DNA of 64,000 nucleotides from an uncultured SAR86 cluster bacterium (GTDB lineage Bacteria > Pseudomonadota > Gammaproteobacteria > Magnimaribacterales > D2472): assembly GCA_902528215.1 (NCBI GenBank), contig CABZRR010000001.1:128620-192619 (forward strand). Direction: 5' to 3'. The position numbers and the translations under genes are program-made. Shown here piece after piece: positions 58,163 through 64,000 of the stretch (its first letter is position 1; each line of letters opens with the position of its first letter). A model generated the notes under the pieces. That model saw only the letters and a list, made by a program, of their open reading frames with translations. It was not told the origin of the DNA and did no database searches.

Positions 58163-58364
58163 AGGGTTTATTCGATTTATTGCTGGAGCAGTTTGTCCTT
58201 CTTGCAAAGCTCAAGACAAAATTGCCATTACCCCAGACGATAAAACTATATATTGCATAAGTTGCAATTATAAGGAGCATAGACCTGATGAAGATAGCTT
58301 AGGGAACTTAAAATCTGATAAGCCCAAAATCTTCAAAATTGATGATTATAGGCCTAAAAAATAA
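58155..58364 (+). CDS. yheV: YheV-family zinc-ribbon protein
   Basis: 69 aa with FIAGAVCPSC...CISC Cys pairs. Confidence 0.65.
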   Translation: MTKGFIRFIAGAVCPSCKAQDKIAITPDDKTIYCISCNYKEHRPDEDSLGNLKSDKPKIFKIDDYRPKK

Positions 58365-58525
58365 TAGAATTTATCATCATTTAAAGCTATTATGGCGACA
58401 AATAAAATTCCATAAAGCAATTAAAAAAGAGTCAAAAAACTTCTCATGAACATAATTTTTAGTTATAATTGCTTATATTAATTTTTTATTTTTAAAAAAT
58501 TCTTATTTACTAAGGGAAAAATCTA

Positions 58526-59668
58526 ATGTTTAAAAAAGCTACCGCTAGCATTTTCGCCAAATATTTTGCAGGAATGGCATTTCTTTTTTCTGGTAATACG
58601 TTTGCCGCTTGGAATGATTTAAATATGACCGAAGGAGTCACAGCAATCAGCAAAGAGGTTTTTGATCTGCATATGTTGATTTTTTGGATATGCGTCGGCA
58701 TTGGCCTAGTTGTATTTAGTGTTATGTTTTATTCAATGTTTGCATTTACAAAAAAGAAAAATCCTAATCCCTCATCATTTCATGAAAATACGAAACTTGA
58801 ACTTGCTTGGACCATCGTTCCCTTTTTAATTTTAGTTTTCATGGCGATCCCAGCTTCAAATACACTTACAAAAATCTATGACGATACTGAAGGTGATATA
58901 AATATTCAGGTTGTCGGATATCAGTGGAAATGGCAATACAAGTACCTTGAGGACGACATAGATTTTTTTCAAAACCTCACCACAGATTGGGATGAAATTT
59001 ATAATAAAACTCCAAAAGGCGAGCACTATCTAGAAGAAGTTGATGAAGCAGTTGTTATTCCAGTTGGAAAAAAAATTAGGTTTTTAATAACAGCAAATGA
59101 TGTTATTCATTCCTGGTGGATGCCTGATTTTGCAATTAAGCAAGATGCTATTCCTGGCTTCATAAATACGGCTTGGACTGTTGTAGATGAGCCAGGAACC
59201 TATCGAGGTAAATGTACGGAGCTGTGTGGAAAAAATCATGGCTTTATGCCAGTTGTTGTTAAAGTAGTGCCTGAAGATGAATATCATACTTGGGTCAAAG
59301 AAAAGAAGGATGCTGCCATAAGAATGGCTGAGCTTACGACTAAAGATTGGTCTGCCTCTGAGCTAGTCCAGAGAGGTGAAGCAATTTACGAAAGGAACTG
59401 TGTAGCGTGTCATCAATCTAACGGTCAAGGCATCGCTGGTATATTCCCAGCCCTTGCAGGTAGTGATATTGCGCTTAATAATAAACCAAGGCACATAGAA
59501 ATCTTAATGGAGGGTGTTCAAGGAGCGGCTATGGCATCATATGCTAACCAGCTATCTGAGGTAGATTTAGCTGCTGTGATTACATACACAAGACAAGCTT
59601 GGGGTAATTCAGAAAAAGGGGATGGACAGATTGTTGTTCCCAAAGATATTGTTGATTATAAATTATAG
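58526..59668 (+). CDS. coxB: Cytochrome c oxidase subunit II with C-terminal cytochrome c domain
   Basis: CuA site HSWWMPDF...CTELCGKNHGFM and the heme c motif CVACH. Confidence 0.95.
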   Translation: MFKKATASIFAKYFAGMAFLFSGNTFAAWNDLNMTEGVTAISKEVFDLHMLIFWICVGIGLVVFSVMFYSMFAFTKKKNPNPSSFHENTKLELAWTIVPFLILVFMAIPASNTLTKIYDDTEGDINIQVVGYQWKWQYKYLEDDIDFFQNLTTDWDEIYNKTPKGEHYLEEVDEAVVIPVGKKIRFLITANDVIHSWWMPDFAIKQDAIPGFINTAWTVVDEPGTYRGKCTELCGKNHGFMPVVVKVVPEDEYHTWVKEKKDAAIRMAELTTKDWSASELVQRGEAIYERNCVACHQSNGQGIAGIFPALAGSDIALNNKPRHIEILMEGVQGAAMASYANQLSEVDLAAVITYTRQAWGNSEKGDGQIVVPKDIVDYKL

Positions 59669-59689
59669 TAAAAGTACAGAGGCAAAAAT

Positions 59690-61276
59690 ATGAGTGCAGT
59701 AATTGAATCCCATGGTCATGATGATCATCACCATGGACCAGCTAAGGGCTTAACGCGCTGGCTATACACAACTAATCATAAAGATATAGGAAGTTTATAT
59801 TTGTGGTTCAGCTTCGCTATGTTCCTCATTGGTGGAGCTATGGCTATGGTAATAAGAGCTGAGCTTTTTCAACCTGGTATGCAAATTGTAGAACCAGAGT
59901 TTTACAACCAAATGCTTACACTTCATGGACTGATAATGGTATTCGGTGCAGTTATGCCCGCATTCGTTGGTCTTGCAAACTGGCTCGTGCCTATGATGGT
60001 GGGTGCTCCGGATATGGCGCTCCCAAGAATGAATAATCTAAGTTTTTGGATACTCCCATTTGCATTTTTTATTTTATTATCATCTCTTTTTATGGAGGGT
60101 GGAGCTCCCAATTTTGGGTGGACATTTTATGCCCCACTATCCACAACTTATGCGCCTCCGAGTGTTACCTTCTTCATATTTGCTGTGCATATTATGGGTG
60201 CATCATCAATAATGGGATCTATCAATGTGATTGTAACCATCATGAATATGAGAGCACCTGGTATGACATTGATGAAAATGCCACTTTTTGTTTGGTCATG
60301 GTTGATAACAGCATATCTTTTGATAGCCGTAATGCCTGTTCTTGCAGGGGCAGTAACAATGATGCTTATGGATATTCATTTTGGAACAAGTTTCTTTAAT
60401 GCAGCGGGTGGAGGAGATCCTGTTTTATTTCAACACATCTTTTGGTTTTTTGGTCACCCTGAAGTTTATATAATGATCCTGCCAGCTTTTGGTATCGCAT
60501 CTCATATTATTGAAACGTTCTCAAGAAAACAGCTATTTGGCTATGCCTCTATGGTTTGGGCGATGGCATCCATCGCCATTTTATCATTTGTTGTTTGGGC
60601 GCACCATATGTTTACTGTAGGGCTTCCATTAGCTGCAGAATTATTTTTTATGTGGGCAACTATGCTAATCGCTGTCCCAACTGGAGTTAAAGTTTTTAAT
60701 TGGGTAACAACAATGTTTAAGGGGTCAATCTCTTATGAAACACCTATGCTATTTGCTATAGCCTTTGTAGTTTTATTTACCATAGGCGGTTTCTCCGGGT
60801 TAATGCTCGCAATAACACCAGCTGATTTCCAGTATCATGATACATATTTCGTAGTTGCACATTTTCATTATGTCCTTGTTCCAGGATCAGTATTCTCAAT
60901 AATGGCCGCTGTTTATTATTGGATTCCAAAATGGACAGGGAATATGTATGATGAAAGACTTGGCAAACTCCATTTTTGGTTATCATTCATTGGTGTTAAC
61001 GTAACATTTTTCCCACAGCATTGGATCGGTTTAGCCGGAATGCCTAGAAGAATTCCTGACTATGCACTTCAATTCGCCGACTGGAATATGATCTCATCAG
61101 TAGGAGCGTTCTTATTTGGAGCTTCACAAATTTTATTCATGTTTATAGTACTCAAAACAGTAATGGGCGGTAAAAAAGCAACTCCTCAGGTTTGGGAAGG
61201 CTCAAGAGGTCTTGAGTGGACAGTAGAATCACCTGCTCCCTATCACACATTCACAACTCCACCGAAAGTCAATTAA
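59690..61276 (+). CDS. coxA: Cytochrome c oxidase subunit I
   Basis: 528 aa with WFFGHPEVYI and HHMF motifs. Confidence 0.97.
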   Translation: MSAVIESHGHDDHHHGPAKGLTRWLYTTNHKDIGSLYLWFSFAMFLIGGAMAMVIRAELFQPGMQIVEPEFYNQMLTLHGLIMVFGAVMPAFVGLANWLVPMMVGAPDMALPRMNNLSFWILPFAFFILLSSLFMEGGAPNFGWTFYAPLSTTYAPPSVTFFIFAVHIMGASSIMGSINVIVTIMNMRAPGMTLMKMPLFVWSWLITAYLLIAVMPVLAGAVTMMLMDIHFGTSFFNAAGGGDPVLFQHIFWFFGHPEVYIMILPAFGIASHIIETFSRKQLFGYASMVWAMASIAILSFVVWAHHMFTVGLPLAAELFFMWATMLIAVPTGVKVFNWVTTMFKGSISYETPMLFAIAFVVLFTIGGFSGLMLAITPADFQYHDTYFVVAHFHYVLVPGSVFSIMAAVYYWIPKWTGNMYDERLGKLHFWLSFIGVNVTFFPQHWIGLAGMPRRIPDYALQFADWNMISSVGAFLFGASQILFMFIVLKTVMGGKKATPQVWEGSRGLEWTVESPAPYHTFTTPPKVN

Positions 61277-61863
61277 TGAACGAAGGATCGAAAAAAACTA
61301 TTAAAACCCTATGTTTTGCCGTTCTAGGAATGTTCACATTTTCATTTGCTTTGGTCCCTCTTTACAATGTTTTTTGCGAAGTAACTGGCCTGAATGGAAA
61401 AATTGAATTAAGAGCAACGAGCAATAAGAATATCGAGATCGATAATGGTCGAGATATCTCAATTCAATTTGTTTCTCATAACAATGAAGAAATGCCTTGG
61501 ACGTTCAAACCATCTGAGGATAATATTCAAATTAAGACAGGTAAGTATCACACAGCTACCTTTTACGTAAAAAATACAACAAGGAAAAGAATGGTCGCTC
61601 AGGCAATACCCAGTGTTGCGCCCTCAAATGCAGCTGCGCACTTAAAAAAATTAGAATGCTTTTGTTTTGAAAAACAAGAACTTGCCCCGGGTGAGGAAGC
61701 ACTTTTACCGGTAAGGCTTATTTTTGATGATGAGCTACCAAGATCTATTAATAGCGTTGTTCTTTCATACACTATTTTTGATGTTACAGATTACAATGAT
61801 ATTGAGTTTGCCCAACGCAATGGTGACTATCACAGTAACCATGAAATGGAGCCTTCAATATGA
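61276..61863 (+). CDS. ctaG: Cytochrome c oxidase assembly protein CtaG/Cox11
   Basis: The start is placed at the ATG at 61276-61278, which overlaps the coxA stop (TAATG). Sequence MNEGSKKTIKT...VPLYNVFCEVTGLNG and the CFCF copper motif. The track ORF 61216.. is an upstream extension inside coxA. Confidence 0.9.
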   Translation: MNEGSKKTIKTLCFAVLGMFTFSFALVPLYNVFCEVTGLNGKIELRATSNKNIEIDNGRDISIQFVSHNNEEMPWTFKPSEDNIQIKTGKYHTATFYVKNTTRKRMVAQAIPSVAPSNAAAHLKKLECFCFEKQELAPGEEALLPVRLIFDDELPRSINSVVLSYTIFDVTDYNDIEFAQRNGDYHSNHEMEPSI

Positions 61864-62765
61864 GTTATCAAAAATACTATGTACCAGAGGAAAGTAAATA
61901 TCCCATATATATCGCAACAGCACTTTTTCTACTAGTGATGGGAGCGGCTGGGACGATTAATGATTTAGGAAAACCTAATAGCAATTCCGTATATATTTTG
62001 TATTCTGGTTTTGCCGTTTTTGCAATAACCTTATATTTATGGTTTAGAGCAGTGATCAGAGAACATATTGCTGGCCTGGATAGTGCTCAGCTTCAAAAAT
62101 CTTTTGTTTTTGGTATGGGTTGGTTTATTTTCTCTGAAGTAATGTTCTTTGCTGCATTTTTTGGAGCACTTTTCTACGTTAGAAACTTTTCAGTCCCTTG
62201 GCTCGCTGGCGATGGCGAGAAAGGACTAGCTAATATGTTATGGGAGGGTTTTGAGGCCTCATGGCCTGTGATGTCAACTCCTGACGCTGGATCGGCATTT
62301 GTTCTTGCAGATAAAAGTATGAGTTGGCCAGGCTGGGGTAATGCATTAAAGTGGTTGCCATTATGGAATACGATTGTACTTCTTAGTTCAAGTGTAACCG
62401 TTCACTTTGCACATCTTGCTCTCAAAAATGATAACAAAAAAAGTTTTAACACCTGGCTTGGAGTTACTGTAACCCTTGCTCTAATATTTGTTGGGTTACA
62501 GGCTGCCGAGTACTATGAGGCCTATGCACATTATGGTTTAACACTCAACTCTGGAATATATGGCTCAACTTTCTTCATGTTGACTGGATTTCATGGCTTT
62601 CACGTTATGATGGGAGGATTTATGCTTGCTGTGATGCTCTCTAGATCAGTTTTTTATAATCACTTTGATCCTCATAATCATTTTGGGTTTGAAGCAGCCT
62701 CCTGGTATTGGCACTTTGTTGATGTAGTTTGGGTGATGCTATTTCTTTTTGTTTATATACTTTAA
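61860..62765 (+). CDS. coxC: Cytochrome c oxidase subunit III
   Basis: 301 aa with GFHGFHV and WYWHFVDVVW motifs. Confidence 0.95.
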   Translation: MSYQKYYVPEESKYPIYIATALFLLVMGAAGTINDLGKPNSNSVYILYSGFAVFAITLYLWFRAVIREHIAGLDSAQLQKSFVFGMGWFIFSEVMFFAAFFGALFYVRNFSVPWLAGDGEKGLANMLWEGFEASWPVMSTPDAGSAFVLADKSMSWPGWGNALKWLPLWNTIVLLSSSVTVHFAHLALKNDNKKSFNTWLGVTVTLALIFVGLQAAEYYEAYAHYGLTLNSGIYGSTFFMLTGFHGFHVMMGGFMLAVMLSRSVFYNHFDPHNHFGFEAASWYWHFVDVVWVMLFLFVYIL

Positions 62766-62766
62766 A

Positions 62767-62979
62767 TCAAGAGCCCCAAGGAACGTTATTTCCAAGTTCT
62801 CCCGTATATAACCCATAGGATACTAAAATCAATAGCAATGCTGCCATAGTTACTCTAAAACCAAGGCTATAAACAGAACGTTTGCCTTGGCCTTGGTCCT
62901 TGAAAAGGAAAAACAAACTACTAAATAAGCTTATAAAGATTAAGATAATGACAATTGCAATTAGAGGTTTAAGCCACAT
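62767..62979 (-). CDS. DUF2909-like twin-TM small protein
   Basis: 70 aa with two TM helices, in the position between coxC and SURF1 seen in other proteobacterial cox clusters. Confidence 0.5.
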   Translation of the reverse strand: MWLKPLIAIVIILIFISLFSSLFFLFKDQGQGKRSVYSLGFRVTMAALLLILVSYGLYTGELGNNVPWGS

Positions 62980-63002
62980 ACTAAAATTATAACATTATAA
63001 AA

Positions 63003-63707
63003 ATGATCAAATTTTTAAAAAAAGAAAACATTAAAAATAATAAAGCTCTAACTATTTTTTCAGTTTTCTTTGTGCTTGTATTTATATTTTTAGGATTCTG
63101 GCAAATTGAAAGAGCATCTGAAAAGTTAAATTTAGTTGAAAATTTTGAAATTCAACAATCCTCTCAACCTCAATATATTTCAGAAAACTCAGTCAAGTGG
63201 AGCCGAGTTTTTATTGAAGGTGTTTACGATTCATCTAAACAGGTATTAATCGATAATCAAATCCTTAATGGAAGGGTTGGCTATAAAATATATACCCCAT
63301 TTTATTTTGGAAAAGATCAACAGATCTTTGTTGACAGGGGTTGGGTTTCTCAAGGTAAGTCTAGGAGTGAATATCCAAATATTGATTTCATCTCTAATAA
63401 AGTTCGCATAGTTGGTAGCCTTTATAAGCCAGAACAAGAAGTTTTAGCTGGCGACGAGTTGTTAACGAATAATTGGCCGATGGTTTCACAAACTAAATCT
63501 CCGAAGGTCATCGAAACTGCTTATGAAAAAAAATTTTTAAATATGGTCTTAATGTTGGAGCCAGGATCAGAATTTATTGCTGAATTTGTTCCACTCAACC
63601 CTTTTGTTATCACTCCTACTAAGCACTATGGTTATGCTTTGCAATGGTTCACTATGAGTATTGTTTTAGCTGGCATGTATGTATTTGCAGTTACAAGAAC
63701 ATCATGA
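63003..63707 (+). CDS. SURF1 family cytochrome oxidase biogenesis protein
   Basis: N- and C-terminal TM helices, GFWQIERA and HYGYALQWF motifs. Confidence 0.88.
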   Translation: MIKFLKKENIKNNKALTIFSVFFVLVFIFLGFWQIERASEKLNLVENFEIQQSSQPQYISENSVKWSRVFIEGVYDSSKQVLIDNQILNGRVGYKIYTPFYFGKDQQIFVDRGWVSQGKSRSEYPNIDFISNKVRIVGSLYKPEQEVLAGDELLTNNWPMVSQTKSPKVIETAYEKKFLNMVLMLEPGSEFIAEFVPLNPFVITPTKHYGYALQWFTMSIVLAGMYVFAVTRTS

Positions 63708-64000
63708 AGAGCAAAATTCTGTTAGCCTTTCTATTATTCACTCCACCATTGGTTTTGTTAATCTCTACGATATCATTTCAATCGGGATTTTCACCAATTA
63801 ATACTAAAAACAATGGAGTATTTTTTAGTGAATATTTTGATGTGAAAGACCTTAACCTAATTAATGATGAAAAAGTTATTGCATTTGACGATGGCAAGTG
63901 GACATTTGCCACTTATGCCTCTAAGAGTGACGGCCTAGAAGAAGCCCTTTATTTAATGCGACAGCTTAACATTGCGCTCAATAGAGATATTAATAAGCTT
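63704..64000 (+). CDS. Hypothetical membrane-anchored protein of the cox cluster (partial, continues beyond window)
   Basis: ATG at 63704 overlaps the SURF1 stop (ATGA). MKSKILLAFLLFTPPLVLLIS... stays open to the window end. Confidence 0.4.
   Translation, partial: MKSKILLAFLLFTPPLVLLISTISFQSGFSPINTKNNGVFFSEYFDVKDLNLINDEKVIAFDDGKWTFATYASKSDGLEEALYLMRQLNIALNRDINKL

Noticed and set aside
61216-61275. Upstream extension of the ctaG ORF
   Set aside because: The extension lies inside coxA in another frame. The ATG at 61276 overlapping the coxA stop gives the conserved Cox11 N-terminus.

Overview
AT-rich (hand counts give about 28% G+C in accessory genes and up to 45% in one outlier) proteobacterial chromosome segment covering the replication-origin neighbourhood. 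The right two thirds (24.6-64 kb) are a conserved core in the Pseudomonas/E. coli-like order: glmS-glmU-atpCDGAHFEBI-parBA-rsmG-mnmG-mnmE-yidC-yidD-rnpA-rpmH on the minus strand, then dnaA-dnaN-recF-gyrB on the plus strand. These are followed by plsC, glyQS, an lpxL-like gene, trkHA, fmt, def, purE, tsaC, hemF, aroE, yheV and an aa3-type cytochrome c oxidase cluster (coxB, coxA, ctaG, coxC, DUF2909, SURF1). The left third (1-24.6 kb) is accessory. It holds a putative metal-handling cluster (His-rich secreted protein, PepSY, MerC-like), gloB, small methyltransferases, a homocysteine S-methyltransferase / TPR-sulfotransferase / BCCT transporter group, a TonB-dependent receptor with an esterase, and a compositionally foreign Zn-peptidase. 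The most interesting signal lies directly downstream of glmS (19.0-24.6 kb). The last codons of glmS (KSVTVE-stop) are reiterated five more times in intergenic DNA, in two sequence subtypes. These copies split the region into five small gene cassettes of 0.25-2.1 kb: a translationally coupled HIT-HNH pair; a serine-recombinase remnant with a periplasmic ClpP-like protein; micro-ORFs; DUF805; and MORN plus an aminotransferase. I read this as a fossil tandem-integration (cassette accretion) array targeting the 3' end of glmS, mechanistically unlike Tn7. No tRNA, rRNA or CRISPR array was recognised. All calls come from reading the sequence and ORF translations only; no searches were run.
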